From contig CM119269.1 in the NCBI GenBank assembly GCA_051294375.1, positions 9,419,191 through 9,483,190 on the forward strand: 64,000 bases of DNA, written 5' to 3'. Below are positions 1-13,092 of this stretch, one piece after another. Each line of letters begins with the position of its first letter. Within the stretch, counting starts at the first letter, position 1. Under the pieces are notes generated by a model. That model saw nothing but the letters and a program-made list of their open reading frames with translations, made no database searches and had not been told where the DNA came from. A program made the position numbers and the translations under genes. Source of the stretch: Paraspadella gotoi (taxonomy: Eukaryota > Animalia > Chaetognatha).

Positions 1-15
1 TATTTATCCCTGTTG

Positions 16-54
<39 letters not shown>

Positions 55-160
55 ACAAATTTCATTTCTTTTCACAACTCACTCAATCTGTCCTCAACTT
101 CAGCCTGTTCTCTCATCTGACCACTATTCTGTCTCACCACTTTGTTTGGAAAACCTTTAC

Positions 161-215
<55 letters not shown>

Positions 216-249
216 CCTTCTTTTTGCACAAATATTTTCCTTATGGCAA

Positions 250-290
250 ACGCTGATGAAGGCTCGAAATGTGAGCCGAAACATGTCCGT
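250..290 (+). ncRNA. Minimal type I hammerhead ribozyme (Penelope-like element type)
   Basis: ACG-CTGATGA-A-GGCTC-gaaatgt-GAGCC-GAAA-CATG-TC-CGT: complete core CUGAUGA/GAAA/GUC, 5-bp stem II, palindromic stem III (ACAUGU), 3-bp stem I ACG/CGU; predicted cleavage after C287. Confidence 0.8.
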
Positions 291-2536
291 ATCTCTAATT
301 AAATTCGTTTTGTAACACAATTAAAAACTTTGTTTTTTCTCTAGATTTTGTTTTGCAAAATTAATTTTAAAAGGGGCTCAATTATTTTTCATAAAGCAGC
401 AAATAAACATTGTTCAATCGCTCAATCTTTTCATCACTCCACCCTAAAGCACATAGCCTGTTCAAAGTAGGCAATACAGATTGCATATAGAATGAACTTT
501 TTTACATCGATTTTACTTATCTTCTAGCTTATTTAATTCAATGTGCATTTTCTAATGTCATATGTAAAAGCAGTAATGTTAAAAATAACGATTTGAAATT
601 TAAATAACTTTTGAGACTTTCAGTCAAGAACGGAACGAAAGCCAATTTTGACGTCAAGGAAAAATAATTGATTATTCAGCTTCATAATTAGCTTTTAAAA
701 CTTTAATTTTTTTTGTAGAGAAATGAGTTTTCGACGTTCTTTCTCTTTCTAAATAAATTAATTTAATTCCTCAGGTTGCCTATATATTCAGAGCTTTTCT
801 AATACTAAATGCTTTCAATGTTTTTTTTAATTTATGTGTGATGTATTTTTAGCTTCGGAAAATATCACTTCGCTCATAAAAAAAATTATAAATAATAATG
901 TTGTGTTTAAAATGGCCGTGCCAAATACTCTTACTTTAATTTTCTTTAGTTTTCTTGACATTTATTTTACAGTTAAACATTTTCTGATCCATTGATCTTT
1001 TTTTTCAGAGGAAATTATTTAATTTAGATATAGCGAAACTATCGGCGAACAAAAAAATTTATAAACGACTACATGCGTTTTCCAAAAAAAAAAAAATAAT
1101 AGAAAAAAACATACGTAAGATATAAGAAATTATGAAAAGTATAAAATAAGGGTTTAAAAGAATTTAATGAATCTTCTATACTACCTTTTACTTCGCTAAA
1201 TTAAATACCAGATAGCTTGAGTTTCGTCTTATTCACGAACTGTACGTACTTTCTCTAATCTACATTATCGCACACAGTTTACTTAATTGTAAAGAAGAAC
1301 ATCGATCAGTACGAAGAAAGCCAACGATGATAACGTCTACGATATTCTATGCTCAAAAACCTATAATTACTAATTTAATTGAACGAAAAAATAAAAAGAA
1401 ACACTGAAAACTAATTGAGAAATTATAACTCGTCATCCCCTACATTGAAACATTTACGCCACAGAAAATTATAATTAGTCACGGCGTGAACTCTCCCACT
1501 GATTCTATTTGATGAATCTCTCTCTCTCTTTCTCTCTCTCTCTCGCACTATTTCTCTCTCTCGCACTCTCTCAGTCTTCCTTCATCAAATGTTTGGTAAA
1601 ATTTCATTAGCAAGAAGACTCGGGGGGAAAAAATAAGAGTCAAATCATGTCCGTAGTTAGTAAACCAATGAGATTGGCTTTCTCTTAAATCCAGGCTAGC
1701 CGTAGAGTTACTGATGCATTTAGGTATTCAAAGGTGCAACTTTTTTAAAGAATAGCAGTTAATTAAGTAGATCTTTGCTTAAGTTTTCATTACTTGAATT
1801 AAAAGAGAAAATGCAGAAAATTTAGCAACCAGCAAAAGTAGTTAAAAGTTTAATCTTGCGAGTAAAATGTGATAACAACGCAATTGTGCCAAGTCTTAAG
1901 AACGACATATAATTTGATAATAAGGTAAAAATTTTAAAACAACAATTGGGCAAAGAAGAATTAATTAAATAAGAAAAGTTAAGGCGACGTTTAAGGTAAA
2001 AAACAACTGAAAAAAAATTAATAAAATATATTTTTTTCAATTTCGATAAGGTTAAAGTAGCTCAATGAGCAGTTAAGCACTGAGCAGTGAGCACTGCTCA
2101 TGAGTCTAATTGTCACTGTTTTTGAAGGTTAGTACAGTTAGGGTTTTATCGTAATTTTAAGTGAAAAACTTAATAATTATAGTAAAAAAAATATTATTTT
2201 TTTAAATTGTCGGAAAGATCATACATGGCATCATATATCAAATATAACGTCCTTTATTGTTTAATTCGTTATTTAATTCTAAGGATCCGAAGTCACGTGA
2301 TCGTGGGAGGAAAATTCGGGAAAAAAAAGGGAAAAAAGAGAAAAAAAAGGATAAAAGAAGCATCAATGACGGGGATTGTTACCGCTTGTCCTTTCCTGGT
2401 TCTTTTTTGTGAACTCTTCCCTCTTTTTCGTCACTTTTTGTCACTCGATGTCAACTCTTGTTGCTCATTTGTCTCCTCATGTCTTTTCTTTCTCACTCCT
2501 GCGACATCTTTTGTCCCTTTTTAAGCTCTATTTTAC

Positions 2537-2835
2537 TAAAACGCCCCATTTCGTCTTAATTTTGAAGTTTAAATAGTTTTAAGTTCGATGATTAGGTTAA
2601 AGATGAAGGTTAGGAATTAAGGATTCGGTTAAAAATTAGGGTTAAGGATTAGCTTAGTGATTAGGTTTAAGGGTTAGGGTTAAGAATTAGCTTAGTGATT
2701 AGGTTTAAGGATTAGGGTTAAGGATTAGCTTAAGGATTAGGGTTAAGGGTTAAGGTGAGAAGCTAGGATACTGGGTTTAATATAATCATTGTGTCAAAAA
2801 TAAAAACATAAGGAATAGAAATGAGGCGTTTAAGA
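2537..2835. repeat. Degenerate TTAGG(G)-rich tract between short inverted repeats, probable non-autonomous DNA element; similar tract at ~50080-50320
   Basis: AAAACGCCCCATTTC at 2538 and GAAATGAGGCGTTT at 2818 flank degenerate GGTTAA/GATTAG/GGTTAG hexamers. Confidence 0.4.
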
Positions 2836-3120
2836 AAAGGACAGCCACGTATAGTTTTAACTTTACTATATTGCTGTACACTTTACAGTGTACACTGTAC
2901 AGTGTACATCAATCCTCTTCTACTAAACTTTTCTATTTGTACGTGGGAACTTTTGTCATAAAATACTTAACAGATATTACTCAATTTAAGTTTAAAAAAT
3001 AATTAGCAAAAAAAACTTAAGGCGATGAGAAAAGTGGACGAGGCGGACGTAAATAATTATAACCAAATTAAATGACAATCGTTTTGAGAAAAACAGGTTG
3101 TTCAAGGCTTTCTCATTGTA

Positions 3121-3123
3121 GAG

Positions 3124-3204
<81 letters not shown>

Positions 3205-3208
3205 AGAG

Positions 3209-3253
<45 letters not shown>

Positions 3254-3347
3254 GAGAGAGAGAGGAGAGAGAGAGAGAATGACTAAAAGGGGGCATCGAG
3301 GACGACAATTTTCGTGTTTTGAATGAGACACACACGTAAGTTCAAGG

Positions 3348-3427
<80 letters not shown>
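3121..3427. repeat. (AG)n followed by (CT)n microsatellites; many more (AG)n/(CT)n, (ACG)n, (GACG)n, (TTCA)n, (TATG)n, (GATA)n and (TAAA)n tracts occur through the window
   Basis: Direct observation; these tracts account for most of the spurious ORFs in the six-frame track. Confidence 0.95.
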
Positions 3428-4775
3428 TTTTTTTTTTTTATTTTCTTTCTCCCTGTCTTTTTTTTCTTTTTCTCTACTTCTAAGTCTTCTTGCAAGGTGA
3501 GTTTTTTTTTCTCTGTTCATTCTTCCCGGATCTTGAAAAAAAAATTGAGTTCAAATGTTATTGAGATTTTTCGACGCGTTTCTCATAGACATTTCTTGGT
3601 CGATCAGTCGGTCAATCTTGAGAGGATCTTTTTAGTTTTATTAGTTTGTCCTCAACGTTAGTAGGGCAATTTGGGTAGACTTTTTCACTAAATTGTTATT
3701 TGAGTTTCTGTTAATCTTTGAGTCACCAAATCTCTGAGGAGTGACGATCCTTTTTTTTGCATTGCGGTCGTACTTTTACAAAAATACTATATATTGTAAA
3801 TAAATTTAAAATATTATAATATAATTTTTCGATTGTTTGATTGGTTGGTTGATTCATTCAATGAGTAATATATTTTTATCTGAATTCGAGGTTTTTACTT
3901 CAAATACCCAAAGCGTTTCGCGATGAAGCATAATGAATAAGATCGGTTCATCCAATGAGTTGCCCCGCGTTGACTTTCTTTTCACGTGTATTTCCCTGTA
4001 ATCACATGTCTACATGACTATGAAATTTATGTATAACAAACGTCTTAGGGTTTCATTTCATATCATTTCAAACAAATATGCTACATTTACTTTGTGATCG
4101 CGTTACCATAGTTTTGCGAGGTCATGTGACTAAAGAAGCATTTAGTAATGTCTTACCAGTCTGCCAAGTATTATCTTAAAAAACGTTTTTAGCCCGTGTA
4201 TTTATGACATTCGAATTCCGTCTTTTATTCTTTATAGTTTCAGGATTTCCTGAAAGCGGCGTTACCAGTCAATTATGTTTGAAAGTTTTTTTTTGTCTTA
4301 ACATATGAAAGGAAAGTTATGATCATTATGATCATTATGATCATTTTTAACCTAAGTTGTACAGACCAACGGACAGACTTAGCGATCGACCGACCGACAG
4401 ACCGACCGAAAAGTGACTTATAGAGTTACTCCACGAGTATTGGCGGCGCAACTGAAAACTATCCCTAACCTTGATTTGCCACAAATTACATTAAATCCAA
4501 CGAAAACAATCCTTGCCCGTATGTAACCATCTTATCGTTATAAGCGTTAAATGGTTTGTTCTTCTATTTCAGAAAAAAAAACTTAACAACGTCCCGCCCC
4601 GTATGTAATCGAACACAACGCGTCATCCTTCAAAAGGGACGCGAAGTTTAAACTTTTGTCTCGTTTCTTTTTCTCTTCGATTAAATTAAGACTTTTCGTC
4701 TTCAAAATATTTTTTTTTCTTTCTCCGCTGGTTGCGTGCTGTTCATCCAAATTGGTGACGAGGCCCAACCAGTTT

Positions 4776-4825
<50 letters not shown>

Positions 4826-5282
4826 TTCGTTCGAAACCCATTCACTAATAGGAAGCGAATATTTAAAATTAAAGATTCGTTTTTTTGGGGGAGCCTTTTT
4901 TTTTACGAATTTTATCGAAAAATCTAGTAACTAAATAAAAATTCGTGCTTAGTTAGGAAAAAAAAACGACCCACGCATATTATAAATTTTTTTTCTTTTA
5001 AAGCAATCACGTGTTTGTTGTCGTCACATGTCAGCACAATTTTTTACTTTGGATTTCAATCGTGTTTTTCACTAGTGAACATTTTGAAACCCAGAATCGC
5101 GACGTAAAATCTCGAAGCAAGCGACGCCAAGCACGCCAAGCACGTAATCAAGCGCAACTTGTTGCGAACAATCAAGCGCACATTGAGGATCGCACACGTA
5201 GGCGCACATTTTGGCGCTCACCTCTCTCCACTTTCGAGCGGACGTCGCGAGAGTCCGACCGACCGACTGATCGACTTCAAAA

Positions 5283-8200
5283 ATGGCGAAGGATCCATCG
5301 GAAGACTATATAAAAATCAGGAAACAGTGCATCAAAACAGGTGAATGAAAATCAGGAAACAGTGCATCAAAACAGGTGAATGAAAATCAGGAAACAGTGC
5401 AACCAAACAGGTGAAGGAAAAGTAGGAAACAGTTCATCAAAACATAAGAATGAAAATCTGGAAACAGTGCATCAAAACAGGTGATTAAAAATCTGGAAAC
5501 AGTGCATCAAAACAGGTGAATGAAAATCAGGAAACAGTGCATCCAAACAGATGAAGGAAAATCAGGAAACAGTATTCAAAGCAAGTTAATGAAAATCTGG
5601 AAACAGTGCATCAAAACAGGTGAATAAAAATCTGGAAACAGTGCATCTAAACAGGTGAATGAAAATGATGAATAAAAATGGAAAACAAAAATAAAGAAAT
5701 TGGCCAAAAAGAAACGAAAGTTAAGTTTCCTTTTGGATAAATTGTTCTTTTGTTTACTCGTCTTATTTTCGGCATCATTTGTTTGACGACGACGACGATA
5801 TGGACGACGACAACGACCACAAAATGGAAGCGACTGATTGCATCACGTTTATTGAGTATCAACAAACAACGACGACTAACAAATTGAGTAAGACGTCGCA
5901 AAACGAAAAGTCATTGGTTCGAATCCAGACCAATTCGGTTTTGGAATAGATTTTCATTGAACAAAACAAATTTGTGAAGGAGTTTTTAAAATACTGGATC
6001 ACATTTTGTGAAAATACTTCAATCCTTTGTGACCTTCATATACTTTCCTCTTCAGTTTTATCCTTATGCTTTTTTATATTGATCATTTCTTTTTTTTCCC
6101 TTTCAATATTCTCCTCTACTTCTCTTCTTTGCTTGATTATTTTCACATTTCCTTTCCTCCATTCTTTTTTCTCGACACTTTTATTTACCTTACTTATTTT
6201 TTACTAATTCATAGGTTTGTGGATAAGGAGCTAAGTGGGCAAAAGATGACTATCCATAACTTCTATAACCCCCTGGGCTTGAAACCAGGCTTGAGGGTTT
6301 GCCACGCCCCCAAGGCGGCTTACGGCCATCCTCACTCTTCCCGGAGGGTAGGTAACGGGTTAGGATTGAACCCGGTACCTAGTGGTCATGAGCTGATGGC
6401 TTTACTCAATGAGCCAGCGGGTCACAACTGAAAGAGTCATGCTTATAGGCGGGGTGAACCTAGGCAATGCCCGACTACAGCTTTTCCTTTTACTTTATTT
6501 TTTTTACTTATTCCTCAACCCTATCCTATTTTCCTTCACTTCTCTCCTCCTTTCATCTCCCTTCAATTTTTCTCCTAATTTCTTTGTTGATACTTAACTG
6601 AAATTGAAAAATGTGGCGAGTTTTACAATTTTTTCTCGTAATATCAACACTTTAGGTTCTTCTATTGCGTCTCTTAATCTTTTCGCGAAGTATTTTCCGT
6701 CAAATAAAGTCTGTTTATTTTCTAACTAAGTCGTACAAATAAAAATGCTTTTTATTTGGGCAAGAATTGTTTCAGTCGCGTAAAGGCGCGTCTCACTAAG
6801 TCGTTTTTCGGTCTTTCTGTCTGTCTGTCTGAAGCCACATTTGAATTTTAAATAAAAGCTTAAACAAAGGAAAAACGTTATTGAGAAACGATTTATTCAA
6901 AATGACGCGTTTTCAGAGTTTGAATGAGAGAAAAAGGAAAGAGAGAATGAACAAAAGAAGCACTCGGACTCCGGATAGGAAGAAAAAAAAAAGAATGATG
7001 AAAGAAAAAGAAAGAAAAAGAAAGAAAGAATGAAACAACGACGCAACTGAATTCATCGTCTTATTTTCTTTCTGTTTTAGGTTTAGTTCGAGTTAAGTTC
7101 TTTCAGTTGCGCCGCGGGTCCTCGCGTAGCAACTCTATGAGTCACTTTTCAGTCGGTCTGTCGGTTTATCGGTCGGTCTGTCCCACTTCAAATGCAGTAC
7201 GTGTCATACATACTATATAAATGCTACTTGTGCATGTGTTTCATACTTTTGTAGTCACTTCGGCGCAACACATTGGATGGACCGATCTTGTTCCCTTAAT
7301 GTTCTCATGCCGCATAAATTTTGATCCCAAACAAAAGTAAAGTTTCCCTTTGTTTTTTTTCTTGCGGGAAGAAAGTTAATCTCTTTTTTGAGGTGAGGAC
7401 ACAAGACTTCTTCTTTTTTTGAGTTTAGGGCGAGTGTCGCAAGGAGCTTCTTTCTTCAGGGTCTACTTTGGGGAAGTCACTTTGCCGGTTTTGTTGTGAC
7501 TCTGGATTTGCCGACCGAGGGAAATGGTTGGTTTGTGACGGTTATGTGAGTCTTTTGTTTGGTGACAGTTGGAGAATTCTTTTTTTTGTAATTTGATTTA
7601 GTTTTTAACTCGTGGATAAGAAAATATTGTTAAGATATAAATCGTCGATGTTAACACAATGACAACAGACAGGCTGAGAAAACTTTATAAAATTTATATA
7701 ATTATTTTAAATTTATCCACTCATTCAATAAATAAACTACCTTTGAACAGGCTCTTACGAAATATTAAAATAGCCGGACAATCAAGATTATATAACAGTC
7801 TGGTTTATTAACCCCCGGAGTACCTGGGTTCCCACTTAATGAAATGATTTTAGGATAGTATATTAATTTTTTGAAAGACTATATTATTTTCCAACCAAAA
7901 TTAATATCGCCGACCTTTCTTTGCCAATCAGGCCGCCCCTGGCAAGACCCGGACTTCCCTGCCAACGATTCTTCTCTCTTCTTCAGCGAACCTCCTTGTC
8001 AATTCGTCTGGCGAAGACCATCGGAGATATGCGGTGAGGGGAGGGGGGGGAAAGGGGGGTAAGAGGGAAAGAGAGGAGGGTAAAAGGGGCAGTAATAGGG
8101 TGAGGAATATAGAGACTGTGACTGGTCCTATTGTAGCTCGCGAAGCCAAGGAGATCCATGGGTACCGACCGCAAAAAAAAATGGCTTCAGCACCCATACA

Positions 8201-8729
8201 ACCTCTCCATTTATCGTGATATAGATTTTATTAGTTAGCCAAGTCCTGAAAAAAATGCAAAATGCAAAATGCAAAATGCAAAATGCAAATGTAAAATGCA
8301 AATGCAAATGCAAATGTAAAATGCAAATGCAAAATGCAAATGCTTTACAGTGAGATTCCACGATTTTTGAAGCGAGGAAGAATCTTGATTTTTTGAAATT
8401 CCTAAAACAAAACTTTTACTTTACGCTACTCTTTTATAGTTTATTGACTAACTTTGATGCTACCAAATGAACGACCTGCTACAATACAAGAAGCCCTTGA
8501 CTTTGTGCGGCTCATAAAAAAATTACAATAGACCGGACCTGCATTGAAAAGCTGAGAGTGAGGTTCAAAGCGAAATTCGAAAATCAAAAAAACTTGAAAA
8601 AGCGATCTGATCTTTGCCTCTCTTTCTTGCTCTCTTTCTCCCTTATTCTCTCTTTTCTCTCTCTCTTTTCTCTCTCTCTTTTCTCTCTCTCTCTCTCTTG
8701 CTCTCTCTCTCTCTCTCTTGCTCTCTTTC

Positions 8730-8760
<31 letters not shown>

Positions 8761-10843
8761 CACTCTCTCTTTCTCTCTCTTTCTCTTCTCTCTCTCTCGG
8801 GTTAGGGTTTACGGTTTGATTTACGGAAAAAAAAACTGATCGAATTTACATATTTTCTCAATACGGCGCGCGTGTCGAGAATGAGGTGACGATGAGAATG
8901 ACCCTGAATACGGGTTTCGAATCTTAATCAGATGGCGTGACGGTCGTTTTATAACGAAGGTAAAGTCTAAATACAGGAAAATGTATCATTCTCAACTGAG
9001 AAACTTAATAGAGAAACGAAACGGCAACTAATTCCTCTAAATTTTCAAAGATTCAATTTCTAAAAAAAAAAATACAGAAATTTTAAATGAATGAATATTT
9101 AACTCTTATAATCGCGGGTGCACAAAAAAACAGAAACTGGAGACAAGAAGAAAACTATTTTTCGGGGTTTTTTTTCTTCTTATTTTTCTCTCCATTTTTC
9201 AGCTCATAAAATTTTGATTCCTTACCTTTGATCGAATTTAAGTAGTAAATGATGGCGGATATTAAAAGGACCATTTATTTCCAGGCATAAAATTCTTGAG
9301 TCCAGGTCATTAGTTAAAATGACGTTTGAGGCAAAATGCCGTCGATGCGTCCATTCGTTTCTCTAATTTCCCTTCTTTAATATTTTTTTAAATTTTTGTA
9401 ACCTGTCCTTCCTTGTTTTTATTTGTTTTCTTTTCCCCCTTTTCCTCCTCATTTTTCTCGTTCCCTATCCCTTCTCTTCCTCCTATTTTTTTCCTCCTCC
9501 TCCCCCTCCCCCTTTCCCTCCCCTCCCTTTCCTTTTTCCCCTCTTCCTCCTCCCCCTCCTCCTCCTCCTCCTCCTCCTCCTCCACCCTAACTCATCTTAC
9601 TTCCTCCAGCCGAACTGGGTTTGAAGCCGGAACTCTTCGTGGGCGGGGCGGACAGGTTCGATCTGCAACAGGGCTGCGCCGGCAACTGCTGGGTGATCAG
9701 CGGAGCCTCGGCGCTGGCGGAGCGGCCGGCGATTCTCAATAAGGTCATCGCTCCGGGGCAGACGGTCTTCAACAAGGACAAGAACTATTGCGGTGAGAAT
9801 GGAGGAAAAGAGGGGAGAGAGAGGGAGGAAAGGAAAGAGGAAGAGGGGAAAAGAGGAAAGGGAGAGGGGGGAAAGGAAAGAGGAAAAGAGGAAATGAAGG
9901 AAAAAGATAGGATAGATGAATAGGGGAGAGAAGAAAAAAATAACAAGATAGGAAAAAAGGGGAGAGGAAGAAAACAAAAAGGAAAGAGAAGAAAGAGCAG
10001 GAGAGCTGGAGGAAACGAAAAGGAAAGAAGAGAACGAGGACGGGAGAGGGAGGAATAAGGAGGAAAGAAAAAAGAGAAGAGGAGAGGAAGAAAACAAAAA
10101 GGAAAGAGTGGAAAGAAAAGGGGAGAGGGAGGAAACAAAAAGAAAAAAAGAGGAAGCAGGAGGGGATAGGGAGGGAAAAAAAAGGAAAGAGAGGAAAGAA
10201 TAGAGTAAGGAAAAAAAGGAAAGAGAAGAAAAAGGAAGAAAGAGAGAGAAAAGAAAAGAAAATTATTGAAAATAGGAAAAAAACGGAAAAGAAAAATGAA
10301 AAGAGGCAAGAAAAAGAGAGGAAGAGAAGAGGAAGAAAAGCGAAATAATAAAGAATTAAAACAGGGAGGAAGAAAATAGAGGTGAAGAAGTTAAAAAAAA
10401 GCAAAGAAATAAAATAAAGAAAAAGGAAAAAGAGAAATAAGTATTTGTAAAAGTCAATTGACAGATTTTCTTTTGCGCGTTTAAAGGGCGCTCGCCTCCC
10501 CGAGGTCGAAACTCATTTCGAGTGAGATTTAACTTGGGATTGAGACGTCACGAGTTCGAGTCTGTTACTTCACACTTTTTTTTTTTAGAATCTTTATTTT
10601 CATTTTCTAGGAATTTTACGATTCTACTTCTGGCGGTACGGAGATTGGGAGGAAGTGCTCGTGGATGACCAGTTGCCGTGGGTCAATGGAATGGTGGGTT
10701 TGGTTGGATTTGATATTATGAATTATTGATTTATTAATTGATTGATTGATTAAATGAATGAAAAATCTGATGAGTTTAAAGATTCCTATTGATTCACTAG
10801 TTCATTTATTCAATAAGTTTATTGATTCCTTCATTGATTATTA

Positions 10844-10942
<99 letters not shown>

Positions 10943-11047
10943 ATCATCTGGCCTTTGTCCATTCGAAACAACCCAACGAATTTTGGGGCGCACTTTTGGA
11001 AAAAGCCTACGCGAAGCTTCACGGGAGCTACGAGTCGTTGACAGGTA

Positions 11048-11131
<84 letters not shown>

Positions 11132-12820
11132 GTGCATTAATTTAATTAATCTTAATTTCCCTTTGGTCCAAAAGATCATTTAATTTAATTTGTGTGAGAG
11201 AGAATTACGATTCCTATTCAATTAAATCGAATTTTCTGGTTGTGATAAATCATCGTGTATTTCAATTTAATTCATAATTTAAAAACCGAATAATTCCTAA
11301 AGTATAATTCATACATAACCTTAATATACAAAAACCACTACTTAACTAATTGACGACCAAAACCATTTGTTGTAAACATTGATGTCAATTCGTTCGAATA
11401 ATTGATTGTTAATGACTCAACAGTCATTTCGAAAATTTCTCACCAGGTGGCAGCGTGAGCGATTCACTCACCGACTTCACAGGAGGAATTTGCGAGTCTT
11501 ACGATATCCAAGATCATCAAGATGACGAGAAAAGGGAAAGACTGTGGAAGATTCTTTTCCAGGTGATGGATGAAAAGAGAGAATGATTGGATGAAAGAGA
11601 TTTAAGAAGGCTAGCCTTTCCATTCCAGGTGATGGATGAAAGAAATGAGGCGACTTACCAGCGGTGGGAAGTCGCCTCAGAGAGAATGCTTTCATTAAAG
11701 ACAGCGGAGGCTGAGGAATATCTTTTATCAGATGTCGCGGGTCGAGAGCTTGAAAAAGATTTGATAGTGAGGCCTATTGATATTTATTTATTTGATTGAT
11801 AGGGCGCCTAAGTGAGCTGAAGATTACTGTCCCTAACCTCTATTCCCCTCAGCAGTAAGGCGTAGTGAAAGTTACATAGAAAATTCTAAAAGTCAATTAT
11901 GAACAACATACCATCAGTAACATTAATTTGTAAAAAAATTAAATTATGTTTTTAATTTTCGCAGTAGGCTATATTTATATTATAGTACTATCCTTATAAA
12001 ATCGAAAAATTTCAAAATAGGCTTTTCTTAATTTTATTGCAGATTTGAATTCCTCGTCAAAGTTGATAAAAGAAAATATAATTCATTTTAAAAATTCTTT
12101 CATTAAGTGGGTTAAAATTTAAAAAACTATATTTAATATGTAAAAAGTTAATTTTCAGCTTAAATATAGCTTTTTCTAATTTTTGACCCACTTAATGAAG
12201 AATTTTTCAAAAGAAGTTATATTCTTTATATCAACTTTTTATGACGAATCCAAATCTGCAAAAAAAATCTTAGAAAAACTGTTTAAATATGTTAACATGT
12301 ATTGTTTAGTATAGTATAAATTAGGCCTACTGCGTAAATTTGTAAATATTATTATAATTTTTTTTATACATAAATGTCATTAGTATTATGTTGTTCGTTC
12401 CTTCATTTTAGATTTTAATTAAAGTTAAACTTAGGAATTTTACTACGCCTTACTCAGCAGCCATGGAAGGGGTCCCGGGCTTGGAACCAGACCTGAGTTT
12501 TTTTCAGGCCCCCTTGGCGGTTTACGGCTGTCCTCACGCTTCCCGCATGAGCTGATGATGGCTTTACTCAATTAGCCACCGGTTCACGACTGAAAGTGTC
12601 ATGATTATAGTAGGCGGGGTGAACTTAGGCAATGCCCGACTACAGGCTCTCAATTCAATGTTGGGAGAAAGAAACTCGATTGTGTGAAAAAATAATTTTC
12701 TATCGCAGTGGGAGGCGGGGGGGAGGCTATAAGTGTTGGTAATTTAAAGGAATTTTGCATTTGAATGTGTTGCTGATGAAAATGAATAAAAGATATTGTG
12801 AAAAATTTCTGGTCGAGTTT

Positions 12821-12875
<55 letters not shown>

Positions 12876-13060
12876 TCTCTCTCTCTCTTCTCTCTCGCGG
12901 CGCATTAAGAAAAAAGAAATTCTTTTAGTTTAAAGATTAAAGTCTGAGAGACAAAAAATAAAAAAGAAACAGACGATTTTCCTCTGAACTTTCTTAATGG
13001 AGGGAAAACTAGATTCGGCAGTTTCTTTGTGGTGTGTAGAGAGAGAGAGAGAGAGAGAGC

Positions 13061-13092
<32 letters not shown>

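Noticed and set aside
2590-2760. Telomere or interstitial telomeric array
   Set aside because: Too degenerate, bounded by inverted repeats and recurring elsewhere; better explained as part of a dispersed element
3072-3661. ORFs rich in RE/SL repeats here and at many other sites
   Set aside because: Translations of microsatellites and purine/pyrimidine tracts with no splice-consistent coding context
5312-5666. CRISPR-like appearance of the 35-bp and 70-bp arrays (also 18097-18638, 53385-53970)
   Set aside because: Head-to-tail repeats without unique spacers, no cas genes, eukaryotic intronic context
12553-12604. CTGATGA...GAAA in a family A element as a hammerhead (similar partial motifs at 16496 and 27145-27160 minus)
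   Set aside because: No stem II closing directly onto GAAA and no stem III/NUH; CTGATGA is not conserved in the other family A copies
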